Source of the DNA: Macrostomum hystrix
Taxonomy: Eukaryota > Animalia > Platyhelminthes
Direction: 5' to 3'
Assembly: GCA_950097015.1 (NCBI GenBank)
Contig: CATNEN010000003.1
Coordinates: forward strand, 12,772,001 to 12,836,000
Length of the DNA: 64,000 bases
The notes beneath the pieces are model-generated. The model was given only the letters and a program-made list of their open reading frames with translations. It had not been told where the DNA came from and did not search any database. Made by a program: the position numbers and the translations under genes. Positions within the stretch are counted from its first letter, which is position 1. Each line of letters opens with the position of its first letter. Positions 1 to 12,255 of this stretch are shown here, in pieces.

Positions 1-4
1 AATT

Positions 5-92
5 AGCAGAATTGCCTCCTCGCTGGCTGCGGGTCTAGTGTCACCAAATGATGTGCTAGTGCCCACGAATCATTATACGAGTATTATTATTG
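5..92 (+). mobile_element. 3' fragment of tRNA-derived SINE family A
   Basis: gcagaattgcctcctcgctggctgcgggtctagtgtcaccaaatgatgtgc matches the 3' part of the full copy at 54530-54590 and is followed by an ATT-rich tail. Confidence 0.75.
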
Positions 93-837
93 TTGCTCAA
101 CGGTTTCATTGCTCAATGGAGCTCTCGACCACTGGGTCTAAAAGCCGAATTAGACTATTAGATTTAGTAAACACAGTAAAGTAATCCATTAGCTTCCAGT
201 TGCCATGGTGATAAGGTGTTTAGACGCCGAGAAAAGGGAGTGTATAGCTATGTTTTCATGGCCTTGAAGCTGTAATTTTCCCTAGCGCATCTGCGTACCA
301 CGTGATTGTGTATCCGCCTGTAGTAGCATTTCAGTTCTGCCCCACATGCAGTCAGTCTTGGCTAATTTTATCACTCACGTCATTTTCAGCACTTCGCTAA
401 TGGTCGGAAGGCGGAGAGAGGAGCAGACAGGCTATGGGGTCTAGTCTGGGTCATATTTTTTGCGAAGATTGTGTAGTAAGAATGAGAGTTTCATTCCAAA
501 AGGCGAGAGGGGGTAGGGTTAGGGATTCAGACAGAGAGAGACGGGTTGAGTTGAGTGGTGAGCAAAGAAGGCGCTGTGTTATGTGCCTGACCTGACGTCA
601 CTTTGGTTGGCTAGAAAGAAGCCTTTGGGAAACCCCTCTTTGGCCGCGCGAATGGGGTAGTGGGTGTTCTAAAAATAGATCACGGTCATGTTCCAAGGCC
701 ACAGAGAGGAAGCAAATTGTCAATACTTATAATATTAGCATGCGAATACTTTTTAAAAATATTTTATGCACTTTCTAATTAGTTAATAATTTGCAACTAA
801 TGATATTTTATACAGTTGACAAAAACTGGTTGTTAAG

Positions 838-1735
838 AAGAAGACACGGAGAAGTGGGAGAGAAGACACAGAGGAGGGAGAAGAAACAGAATTGGGAGAA
901 AACAAAGAGGAGGGGAGAAGACACGGAGAGGATTTGAGAAGACATGAAGAGGAGGGGAGAAGACACGGAGAGGATTTGAGAAGACATGGAGAGGAGGTGA
1001 GAAGACACGGAGAGGAGGGAGAGAAGGCACGGAGAGTGGAGGAGAAGACACGGAGAGTGGAGGAGAAGACACGGAGAGTGGAGGAGAAGACACGGAGAGT
1101 GGAGGAGAAGACATGGAGAGGAGGGAGAGAAGACATGGAGAGTGGAGGAGAAGATACGGAGAGGAGGGAGAGAAGACATGGAGAGTGGGGGAGAAGACAC
1201 GGAGAGTGGAGGAGAAGACATGGAGAGGAGGGAGAAGACACGGAGAGGAGGGAGAGAAGACATGGAGAGTGGAGGAGAAGATACGGAGGGTAGAGAGAGA
1301 AGACATGGAGAAGAGGGGAGAAGAGGAGAGAAGATACGGAGAAGAGGGTAGAAGACAGGGAGAGGAGGGAGAGAAGACACGGAGGGGAGGGGGAGAAGAC
1401 ATGGAGAAGAGAGGAGAAGAGGAGAGAAGATACGGAGAAGAGGGGAGAAGACAGGGAGAGGAGGGAGAGAAGACACGGAGGGGAGGGGGAGAAGACACGG
1501 AGAGAGGGGGAGAAGACACGGAGGGGAGGGGGAGAAGACACGGAGAGAGGGGGAGAAGACACGGAGAGGAGGGGAGAAGACACGGAGGGGAGGGGAGAAG
1601 ACACGGAGAGAGGGGGAGAAGACACGGAGAGGAGGGGGAGAAGACACGGAGGGGAGGGGGAGAAGACACGGAGAGAGGGGAGAAGACACGGAGAGAGGGG
1701 GAGAAGACACGGAGAGGAGGGGGAGAAGACACGAA
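838..1735. repeat. Purine-rich degenerate minisatellite (core gagaagacacggagagg, about 19-22 bp)
   Basis: Directly visible tandem repeats. They explain the six low-complexity ORFs at 783-1776. Confidence 0.95.
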
Positions 1736-2126
1736 AAGTTGAATAGAAAATTCCCAAAGGGCTTTTTAATTAGCAAATGAGATGAGCAAAGTAAAACAAA
1801 GAAAACTGAATTGTGCCCATTATGCCTAGAAAGTGCGTGGGTGCTAAAAAAAACAAAAAATTAGAACAAGCATCTCAGAGCCCTCTAGCGTTCTCAACTC
1901 ATGTTCAGATATTCAGAAAGTCAGATAAGCGAAATTAGTCACGTGTTTATCAACTGAAAATGTCGGAACACAATTATTGCCCTGATATGTAGTGGTGTGT
2001 GGGCCTTATTCAAAGCACAATGTGTGCCACTTTATTTTAATCATTAATTTCAATGAATGCTAAGGACTAGAGTCTGAACTTGTATAATACAAATCAATCC
2101 TAATCCTAAGTTCTTCATTTTCCTCA

Positions 2127-3165
2127 ATCTTCCCCATCCTCAGATCTTCCCCATCTCATCCTCAGATCTTTCCCATCCAATCCTCAGATCTTTCCCATCC
2201 CATCCTCAGATCTTTCCCATCCCATCCTCAGATCTTTCCCATCCCACCCTCAGATCTTTCCCATCCCACCCTCAGATCTTTCCCATCCCATCCTCAGATC
2301 TTTCCCATCCCATCCTCAGATCTTCCCCATCCCATCCTCAGATCTTACCCATCCAATCCTCAGATCTTCCCCATCCTCAGATCTTCCCCATCCTCAGATC
2401 TTTCCCATCCAATCCTCAGATCTTTCCCATCTCATCCTCAGATCTTTCCCATCCAATCCTCAGATCTTCCCCATCCTCAGATCTTTCCCATCCAATCCTC
2501 AGATCTTCCCCATCCTCAGATCTTTCCCATCCAATCCTCAGATCTTTCCCATCCAATCCTCAGATCTTCCCCATCCTCAGATCTTCCCCATCCTCAGATC
2601 TTTCCCATCCAATCCTCAGATCTTTCCCATCCAATCCTCAGATCTTTCCCATCCAATCCTCAGATCTTTCCCATCCAATCCTCAGATCTTCCCCATCCTC
2701 AGATCTTCCCCATCCTCAGATCTTTCCCATCCAATCCTCAGATCTTTCCCATCCAATCCTCAGATCTTCCCCATCCTCAGATCTTCCCCATCCTCAGATC
2801 TTTCCCATCCAATCCTCAGATCTTCCCCATCCTCAGATCTTTCCCATCCAATCCTCAGATCTTTCCCATCCAATCCTCAGATCTTTCCCATCCAATCCTC
2901 AGATCTTTCCCATCCAATCCTCAGATTTTTCCCATCCCATCCTCAGATCTTTCCCATCCCATCCTCAGATTTTTCCCATCCCATCCTCAGATCTTTCCCA
3001 TCCCATCCTCAGATTTTTCCCATCCAATCCTCAGATCTTTCCCATCCCATCCTCAGATCTTTCCCATCCCATCCTCAGATCTTTCCCATCCAATCCTCAG
3101 ATCTTCCCCATCCTCAAATCCTTCCCTAAACCTCAGATTTTCCCATCCTCAAACTATCCCCAACC
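2127..3165. repeat. Minisatellite of mixed 22-bp (tccaatcctcagatctttccca) and 17-bp units
   Basis: Tandem units, most containing agatct. Confidence 0.95.
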
Positions 3166-3530
3166 TTGAGGGATGATTGCTGCTTCAAATCTTTCCCTCT
3201 GCTATTGAAACTTCCTTACATTTCTACTCAATTTTAAATCCTCTGACGCAAAATAGAACCCGTTTGGGATTTCCCGGAAATTTGAAATCAATGAGAATCC
3301 CAAAATGTCTAAATTTAGACAGGTAACAGGTGATTATCACCCCATGAAATTCACTAAGCAAAACTAGTCCCCAATCAGCACAATTAGGCCCTAATGAGTA
3401 GCAGCTTGGTAGGATATTTTCAAGTGTATAAAAAGCTCCTGTTTTACCGTTTCTTCTCATTGACTTTCCGCTGACAAAGAGCCAATCCGCCAATATTTAA
3501 ACGAAATGTCTGTCTCAAAATTTCTCGCAG

Positions 3531-3726
3531 CTCTGTATCAGCACGTGGCGCAGAAGCCGCTGCCCGACCTCCTGCAGCCGCGGTGCCACGGCCGGAGCCC
3601 CGGCGACAACTCTCGGATGCTGAGCCGGTCTGTGCCGGTGCCCGACTTTGCCACCAGGCAGGAGCGAGTAGCCCTGCTGCTAAGGGAGATTGGCGATCAG
3701 TACAACTTGAGCAGAGGCCAGCCTCC

Positions 3727-3760
<34 letters not shown>

Positions 3761-6700
3761 ACTGGAGGGGTAAGTTCTCATTTGGACAATCTCTAGCTTG
3801 TCCTGTTATCCCCTCGCTACCCTCTTTTCCACCCCTCTTCCTCTCTTCCTCTTCCCTTCTGCCCCCTTTTCCTCTCTCGATTCTTCCCATATCTCGTTCT
3901 TCCCTCCCCTCTTCCACTATTCCTTCTTCCTCTCCCTGTTCTTATTTCCCTCTTCCCTCTTCCTCTCTCCCCTCTTCCTCTCTTCCCTCTTCCTCTCTTC
4001 CCTCTTCCTCTCTCCCCTCTTCCTCTCTCCCCTCTTCCTCTCTCCCCTCTTCCTCTCTCCCCTCTTCCTCTCTTCCCTCTTCCTCTCTTCCCTCTTCCTC
4101 TCTTCCCTCTTCCTCTCTCCCCCTTCCTCTCTCCACTCTTCCTCTCTCCCCTCTTCCTCTCTTCCCTCTTCCTCTCTCCCCTCTTCCTCTCTCCCCTCTT
4201 CCTCTCTCCCCTCTTCCTCTCTCTCCTCTTCCTCTCTCCCCTCTTCCTATCTCCCCTCTTCCTCTCTCCCCTCTTCCTCTCTCCCTTCTCCCTTCTAGTT
4301 GCTATACAGTGGTTCTCGTGCAGTCACGAGGTTAAACAGGGTGACTCAACAGCTGAACAGACGGTGAAGGCAAAAAATTGCAACAAGAACTGCAGAATCG
4401 AAGCTAGATTTTTTCACGCAAGGACAAATTATTTTTATTAATAATTTTTGGCCTGTCTTAGCAATTAGTAATGCTTATATTTAGCTACGGATTATTTTTG
4501 CAGCAAAAGCAGTAGCAGCAATGCCACTTACAACCTACTATAGTTTTGTAGCTTTTGATACTGAATTTCGCAAACAGCGTCTCTCCGTCTCTCGAGTGTT
4601 AGAGGCCAGAATCTGGGCCTGATTTTTTGCCCGCAATGAAAGAAGAGCAACACTGTAAATAATCTGACTGACTGACCTTGGAAATTAGTGTTGCAGACAA
4701 GGGTCAATTCGCAATTCCAAGCTTTGGTTGTCACACGCAGTCTTAGGCCATTGAATTCATTCACAATACTTAGGAATACACACGAACACAGACACAATGG
4801 GAAAGCTAGAATCATAGAAGGAATCGTAGCTTCAATCGTAGAAGAAATCGTAGCTAGAATCATAGAAGGAATCGTAGATAGAATCATAGAAGGAATCGTA
4901 GATAGAATCATAGAAGGAATCGTAGATAGAATCATAGAAGGAATCGTAGCTAGAATCATAGAAGGAATCGTAGCTAGAATCATAGAAGGAATCGTAGCTA
5001 GAATCATAGAAGGAATCGTAGCTATAATCATAGAAGGAATCGTAGCTAGAACCATAGAAGGAATCGTAGCTAGAATCATAGAAGGAATCGTAGCTAGAAT
5101 CGTAGAAGGAATCGTAGCTAGAATCTTAAAATTAGTCGCAGCTTAGAATCGAAGCAATGATATATAGCATGAAATAAACCTATTTTCTTGGGACAAAGAC
5201 TTTTTCCGTTTGGTAATTTCGCTTGAAATAATAAAAAAACGTATAGATTTTTTGGTAGAAATTCTTAACTTTCAGTTCACAAGAACTTAGGCATGATTGT
5301 ATCAGATGTTCTAAAAGGAAGTGTTTTTTTACCACTAGAATCAACTGAACAAAGACCTATAGCGAATTTTTTTAGTTTTTGCTGCTACTCTAACGAGAGA
5401 CACTGTAGATTTCGCTACACGGCCAATTCGATTTAAGAGTGGAAGAAGTTGAAAGTAGTTGCACAAGAAATTTTTTGAGAAGTTTTCGAAAGCTGCTGTG
5501 TTTAATATTTAATCTACTTTTCTGATCCGGCTATCCGGGTCGATTCGGATCCCAAAACCAACCTTTCAAGGGCACCGAATATATATAAAAAATAACAATG
5601 CTTAAAGCCAGTCGAATTTTAATTTTTTCCCCAAATGGATCCCTTCCCAAATCCCTAAATGGACCCCTTCCAAAATCCCCAAGTTGATCCCTTTCTAAAT
5701 CCCCAAATTTATCGCTTCCCAAATCCCCAAATGGACCCCTTCCCTAATCCCCAAATGGACCCCTTCCCTAATCCCCAAATGGATCACTTCCCAAATCCCC
5801 AAATTGATCCCTTCCCAAATCCCCAAATTGATCCCTTCTAAAATCCCAAAATGGATCCCTTCCAAAATCCCCAAATTGATCCCTTCCCAAATCCCAAAGT
5901 TGATCCCTTTTTCAAATCCCCAAATTGATCCCTTCCCGAATCCCCAAATTGATCCATTTCCAAAATCCCCAAAATGGATCCCTTCTAAAATCCCAAAATG
6001 GATCCTTCCAAAATCCCAAAATGGATCCCTTGCCAGATCCCTAAACTGATCCAATCATATGTCTGTGAATCTCAATATGTCGATATATGTCGACGCATGC
6101 TTACTTTCCAAAATCATCAAATTGATCCCAGATTAAGGTAGAATGAAGACCTTTCCAAACTATCTGTCATCTCTACTTCCATTCCTCTAATGGTGACTTT
6201 TCTTAGCATAGCAACAAGCAAGCAAAGTGAGACTTCTCAATCAGACTGGCACAATTGCGAGAGAGAATTTCGGAAGAGAAAGAATGCCCCCTTTGTCCCC
6301 TTTGACCTCGAAAACAACGAGACAACAATACAGAAAAATGTCGGAAAGAAGAAGAATTCAGAATTTGACATCTGAGTGCGGAAGGTCAGAAAGAACTGGG
6401 TTTAGGATAAGTGCAGCCTTTGGGAACAAGTTTTCAGTGTCTGTGCGCGGTTTAATGATTCTTAAGTCAGAGAGGCACAATTAACGAAATGTAAATACAG
6501 CACTGTATAATTAAACAAAGAATTGCAAACTTGTGTCTTTGTTTGAAAAAAAAATATCCGATGTCTTAAATAGTAAAATATCGAACAGATGAGTGAGTCA
6601 CCGAGAGGTTTCGCAAAAATTTCTGGAATAAAAAAACTAATGCTCAACTGCGACACTTAAAGAAATGAAATTGATGAAACTTTTTGCCTTGCATACCGAT

Positions 6701-7473
6701 GCTATTTTCAACACTTAAAATGACTTTTATGTACATAAAGTGAGTTTTAAAGTTCTCTGCATCTAAATTTTTTGCGCGATAAGTTTTGCGTCTCGTCACT
6801 AGCTGAAAAACTTTAGAATGTTTTACGTCACGTGACTAGATGTACTTTTAGAATGAGATTGTACGTCACGTGACTCGATGTACTTTTAGAATGAAGTCGT
6901 ACGTCACGTGACTAGATGTACTTTTGAAATAAGGCTTTGCGTCACGTGACTTAATGGCCGTTTGGAATATGAAATGGTAATTCAGGGTGAGTGTGGCGTC
7001 CTGCCAGTCCATGGACTGAACAGCCGTACGCAGCCTTCAGATGCGCCGCGCAATAGCTGCGGCTGTGCTGTCGGCTGCAAATCTTGCCCGATTGGGGCAG
7101 GTGTAATCATTATTATTATTATTATTGTTGTTATTATTATTATCATTACTATAATTTTTAGAGTCGGATGACCTACCGCTCTGAAGATTACTACTTAAAG
7201 TAGCGAGCAGGATCACTTTAACCAACCAATAATTCTGCATTCCAGAACATTTTCTACTACATGCGTCGTGAACGTCGGATGAGCCTGCGCGTCGTCTCTG
7301 GCGTGAACGATTCAACCTCCGAGTTGAACGCCGACAATTCGTCCAGAACAAGCTGGCGGCGTTCCCTGATTGCCATGGTGACAAGCATGGCGAGGACATT
7401 GTCCGGGGCTAACATAGCCCAGGAGGATTCTGACGATGAAGTCGACGAAGGTCGCGCCGGCGAAGATGACTGA
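3531..7473 (+). CDS. Candidate BH3-only (Bcl-2 family pro-apoptotic-like) protein. Exons 3531-3769 and 7246-7473. Start is either upstream of 3531 or the ATG at 3617 (about 126 aa).
   Basis: Acceptor ctcgcag|3531, donor GGG|gtaag at 3770 (phase 0), acceptor ttccag|7246 (phase 0, in frame), stop at 7471-7473. Both exons are GC-rich islands. Translation contains VALLLREIGDQYN, which fits the BH3 pattern LxxIGDxphi. No BH1 (NWGR) motif was found. Confidence 0.6.
3940..4292. repeat. 15-bp pyrimidine minisatellite (ccctcttcctctctt/c), intronic
   Basis: Visible tandem array. Confidence 0.95.
4803..5126. repeat. 24-bp minisatellite (agctagaatcatagaaggaatcgt), about 13 copies
   Basis: Visible tandem array. 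It produces the IIEGIVAR and MILATIPS repeat ORFs. Confidence 0.95.
5628..6055. repeat. About 24-bp degenerate minisatellite (cccaaattgatcccttcccaaatc)
   Basis: Visible tandem array. Confidence 0.9.
6812..6953. repeat. About 38-bp repeat containing GTCACGTGAC, 4 copies
   Basis: gatgtacttttagaatgag..tacgtcacgtgact units. Same family as 7772-8182. Confidence 0.85.
6985..7158 (+). mobile_element. 3' half of CORE-SINE family B with (ATT)n tail
   Basis: gtccatggactgaacagccgtacgcagccttcagatgcgccgcgcaatagctgcggctgtgctgtcggctg is shared with the copies at 24140-24388, 39345-39570 and 53557-53760. Confidence 0.8.
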
Positions 7474-7771
7474 AATGTGGAATGAAGGCAAACTTCTGGT
7501 CGGGTGGTTAAATTTGGCAAAGGCGCCCCAAGTCTGTATTTTGCTTTGCAATCTTTTTAATTTTTTTCAAACTAATTGAAACTACTTTGTGTCTGTTGTT
7601 TGTTGTTTATTTTTCTTTGTCGTCAACAAGTTTTTTGTTAGTTTGATTGTGTTTACCTTAAGTTTCTCGAAGAAATACTTTTCTTATCATTAAATTTACT
7701 AAAGTTTATTTGTTGGCGTAAATTAGTTATAAAGTAGTCATTAGATATTCGCTGTGTGTGAATCACCTTTT

Positions 7772-8182
7772 CTTTAGAATAAGGCAGGTATGTCACGTGA
7801 TGTATTGGACTTTCAGAGTGTCACGTGACTGCATAGTCTTATGCAGATGTACTTTTGGAATGAGATTTTACGTCGCGTGACTTGATATACTTTTGGGATG
7901 AGGTTTACGTCGCGTGACTTGATGTACTTTTGGGATGAGGTTTACGTCGCGTGACTTGATGTACTTTTGGGATGAGGTTTTACGTCACGTGACTAGATAT
8001 ACTTTTGGGATGAGGTTTACGTCGCGTGACTTGATGTACTTTTGGGATGAGGTTTACGTCGCGTGACTTGATGTACTTTTGGGATGAGGTTTACGTCGCG
8101 TGACTTGATGTACTTTTGGGATGAGGTTTACGTCGCGTGACTTGATGTACTTTTGGAATAAGGCTCGGCGTCACGTGACTAG
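7772..8182. repeat. 37-bp minisatellite (gatgtacttttgggatgaggtttacgtcgcgtgactt), about 9 regular plus degenerate copies
   Basis: Visible tandem array downstream of the stop codon at 7473. Confidence 0.9.
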
Positions 8183-8852
8183 ACACCTTGGAATTCAACA
8201 CTATTTTCTCATTTAGAACAAAGACAGCATCTCACTTGACCATTTGATGGTTGTTTGTCTAGTTACCATGTCAACGGAAGACATCGGAGTAAAATGCATC
8301 ATTAGTTCACAGGAATTTATATTCAAGTCGACCGTTATTCATTAGTCATTTGTAATATTACCAATTCATGTTGTACTATAATTTCATTTTGTCGGAAAAA
8401 TTCACGGTAGTGTTTTTCATAGTCACCGAATTTCATTTTTTAACAAAAACTTTATTTTGATTCGCAAAATTACTAGTTCGTTATTCTACTGTTCAACAGC
8501 CCAGGGATAATTTTGGCCATTGTGCGTTTAACTTTTAGGGACTAACTGGTATTACATTGCCTGCTTCAAGCAGCCTCAATTTTCATCGTTAAGGATCACA
8601 TTGGCGCATTTTAGAGTTTCAACAAGCGTTTTTAAGTTCATTGAAAATATTCATTTCGCTGAGATTATTTTGATTTTGTAAGTTGATAAAGTCATCAAAA
8701 AAGCACTTTTCTTGCTATTCAAATTTATAATTTAAGCAGCTCTGAGAATTCACAAGATTTTTGTGAGACAAACTTGAAATAGAGTTTTAACTGTTTGATG
8801 GCAAACAAGCTCGATGAACTTTTGTGTCCTTGACTTTTAGCATAATTCGGGT

Positions 8853-9492
8853 GAGGAGAGAGGAGAGAGAGGACAGAGAGGGTTAAAGGAGAGAGAGAGA
8901 GGAGAAAGATGGTTAAAGGACAGAGAGGGTTAAAGGAGAGAGAGGGTTAAAGGACAGAGAGGGTTAAAGGAGAGAGAGGGTTAAAGGAGAGAGAGGGTTA
9001 AAGGAGAGAGAGGGTTAAAGGACAGAGAGGGTTAAAGGACAGAGAGAGGGTTAAAGGAGAGAGAGGGTTCAAGGAGAGAGAGGGTTCAAGGAGAGAGAGG
9101 GTTAAAGGACAGAGAGAGGGTTAAAGGACAGAGGGTTAAAGGACAGAGGGTTAAAGGAGAGAGAGGGTTAAAGGAGAGAGAGGGTTAAAGGACAGAGAGA
9201 GGGTTAAAGGACAGAGGGTTAAAGGAGAGAGAGGGTTAAAGGACAGAGGGTTAAAGGACAGAGGGTTAAAGGAGAGAGAGGGTTAAAGGAGAGAGAGAGA
9301 GGGTTAAAGGAGAGAGAGAGGGTTAAAGGAGAGAGAGGGTTAAAGGAGAGAGAGGGTTAAAAGACAGAGACGGTTAAAGGAGAGAGAGGGTTAAAGGATA
9401 AAGTGGGTTAAAGGAGAGAGAGAGGGTTAAATGAGAGAGAGGGTTAAAGGAGAGAGAGGGTTAAATGAGACAGTGAGAGAGGGCAGAGGGTG
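8853..9492. repeat. About 17-bp purine-rich minisatellite (gagagagggttaaagga)
   Basis: Visible tandem array. Confidence 0.95.
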
Positions 9493-9982
9493 AGAAGAAA
9501 ATGCGAGTTGAGAGAGGTAAGTCAAAGATAAGAAAGAAAATCCTCACAGCACACGGCATTTATATAGTTGAGTACAAATTTAGCAGCTGTGGCTATCTGG
9601 TGCAGAACTTACTTCGAATCTAGTTTCTATTGTTCTGCTTTGGCCTGGAAAAAAGTTCTCGCTAGTAAAGAAGCGAGGGAAGTTTGCTTAAGTTTGCTTG
9701 GTGGTAAAGTTTCTTTAGGTTTAAAAAGACAATTCAGCCAGCAAATAGCTCTAGCAATAAATTGTCGCAGGGAAATTTTTATTAGCATTTTATTTCATAT
9801 TCACATATTGAAAGACTTGACACTCAAGAGGCTTGCTTTAGTTGGTGCGACAAAAATTGTTTTGTGAATATCATAAATTTTCTATGACGAGTTCCATGAT
9901 GAATGCCACTTAGCATTCGCGAAGTGGACTGGGGTGTTTCAAAAAATGCTTGCTTGCACTTCCCTTGAAATTAAAGTGCTTA

Positions 9983-12255
9983 GGAGAGAGTCAGTGAGAG
10001 TCAGAGTGAGTCAGAGAGGGTCAGAGAGAGTCAGAGAGGGTCAGAGAGTCAGAGAGAATTAGAGAGAGTCAGAGAGAGTCAGAGAGAGTCAGAGAGAGTC
10101 TGAGAGAGTCAGAGAGGGTCAGAGAGAGTCTGAGAGAGTCTGAGAGAGTCAGAGAGGGTCAGAGAGAGTCTGAGAGAGTCAGAGAGAGTCTGAGAGAGTC
10201 AGAGAGAGTCAGAGAGGGTCAGAGAGAGTCAGAGAGAGTCTGAGAGAGTCTGAGAGAGTCAGAGAGAGTCAGAGAGGGTCAGAGAGAGTCAGAGAGATTC
10301 AGAGAGAGTCGGAGAGAGTCAGAGAGAGTCTGAGAGAGTCAGAGAGGGTCAGAGAGAGTCAGAGAGAGTCAGAGAGAATTAGAGAGAGCCAGAGAGAGTC
10401 AGAGAGAATTAGAGAGGGTCAGAGAGAATTAGAGAGAGCCAGAGAGAGTCAGAGAGAGTCAGAGAGAATTAGAGAGAGTCAGAGAGAGTCTGAGAGAGTC
10501 AGAGAAGAGTCAGAGAGAGTCTGAGAGAGTCAGAGAGGGTCAGAGAGAGTCTGAGAGAGTCGGAGAGAGTCAGAGAGAGTCTGAGAGAGTCAGAGAGAGT
10601 CAGAGAGAGTCAGAGAGTGTGTCTGAGAGAGTCAGAGAGAGTCAGAGAGTGTGTCAGAGAGGGTCAGAGAGAGTCAGAGAGGGTCAGAGAGAGTCAGAGA
10701 GAGTCAGAGAGAGTCAGAGAGAGTCTGAGAGAGTCAGAGAGAGTCAGAGAGAGTCAGAGAGAGTCAGAGAGATTCAGAGAGAGTCGGAGAGAGTCAGAGA
10801 GAGTCTGAGAGAGTCAGAGAGGGTCAGAGAGAGTCAGAGAGAGTCAGAGAGAATTAGAGAGAGCCAGAGAGAGTCAGAGAGGGTCAGAGAGAGTCAGAGA
10901 GGGTCAGAGAGAGTCAGAGAGAGTCAGAGAGTGTGTCTGAGAGAGTCAGAGAGAGTCAGAGAGTGTGTCAGAGAGGGTCAGAGAGAGTCAGAGAGGGTCA
11001 GAGAGAGTCAGAGAGAGTCAGAGAGAGTCAGAGAGAGTCTGAGAGAGTCAGAGAGAGTCAGAGAGGGTCAGAGAGAGTCAGAGAGATTCAGAGAGAGTCG
11101 GAGAGAGTCAGAGAGAGTCTGAGAGAGTCAGAGAGGGTCAGAGAGAGTCAGAGAGAGTCAGAGAGAATTAGAGAGAGCCAGAGAGAGTCAGAGAGAATTA
11201 GAGAGGGTCAGAGAGAATTAGAGAGAGCCAGAGAGAGTCAGAGAGAGAGTCAGAGAGAGTCAGAGAGAATTAGAGAGAGTCAGAGAGAGTCTGAGAGAGT
11301 CAGAGAGAGTCAGAGAGAGTCTGAGAGAGTCAGAGAGGGTCAGAGAGAGTCTGAGAGAGTCGGAGAGAGTCAGAGAGAGTCTGAGAGAGTCAGAGAGAGT
11401 CAGAGAGAGTCAGAGAGAGTCAGAGAGAGTCGGAGAGGGTCAGAGAGGGTCGGAGAGAGTCAGAGAGGGTCAGAGAGAGTCTGAGAGAGTCGGAGAGAGT
11501 CAGAGAGAGTCTGAGAGAGTCAGAGAGGGTCAGAGAGAGTCGGAGAGAGTCAGAGAGGGTCAGAGAGAGTCTGAGAGAGTCGGAGAGAGTCTGAGAGAGT
11601 CTGAGAGAGTCAGAGAGGATCAGAGAGAGTCGGAGAGAGTCAGAGAGGGTCAGAGAGAGTCAGAGAGGGTCAGAGAGAGTCGGAGAGAGTCAGAGAGGGT
11701 CAGAGAGAGTCTGAGAGAGTCAGAGAGAGTCTGAGAGAGTCAGAGAGAGTCAGAGAGGGTCAGAGAGAGTCTGAGAGAGTCAGAGAGGGTCAGAGAGAGT
11801 CTGAGAGAGTCAGAGAGAGTCAGAGAGAGTCTGAGATAGTCAGAGAGAGTCTGAGAGAGTCTGAGAGAGTCAGAGAGAGTCAGAGAGGGTCAGAGAGAGT
11901 CAGAGAGATTCAGAGAGAGTCGGAGAGAGTCAGAGAGAGTCTGAGAGAGTCAGAGAGGGTCAGAGAGAGTCAGAGAGAGTCAGAGAGGGTCAGAGAGAGT
12001 CTGAGAGAGTCGGAGAGAGTCAGAGAGGGTCAGAGAGAATTAGAGAGGGTCAGAGAGAATTAGAGAGAGCCAGAGAGAGTCAGAGAGAGTCAGAGAGAAT
12101 TAGAGAGAGTCAGAGAGAGTCTGAGAGAGTCAGAGAGAGTCAGAGAGAGTCGGAGAGAGTCAGAGAGGGTCAGAGAGAGTCTGAGAGAGTCGGAGAGAGT
12201 CAGAGAGGGTCAGAGAGTGTGTCAGAGAGAGTCGGAGAGAGTCAGAGAGGGTCAG
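9983..12255. repeat. 10-bp minisatellite (gtcagagaga), about 2.3 kb, with higher-order blocks
   Basis: Visible tandem array. Variant blocks recur with a 314-bp offset (gattc at 10771 and 11085). Confidence 0.97.

Noticed and set aside
783-1776. Overlapping 200-320 aa ORFs
   Set aside because: Translations of a purine/pyrimidine minisatellite, open in many frames because the unit lacks stops.
4528-5146. IIEGIVAR and MILATIPS repeat ORFs
   Set aside because: 24-bp intronic minisatellite with no splice or start support.
8853-9492. Telomeric repeat (gggtta present)
   Set aside because: The unit is gagagagggttaaagga, not tandem TTAGGG.
10617-11484. RESQRESERV repeat ORFs
   Set aside because: Artefact of the 10-bp minisatellite.
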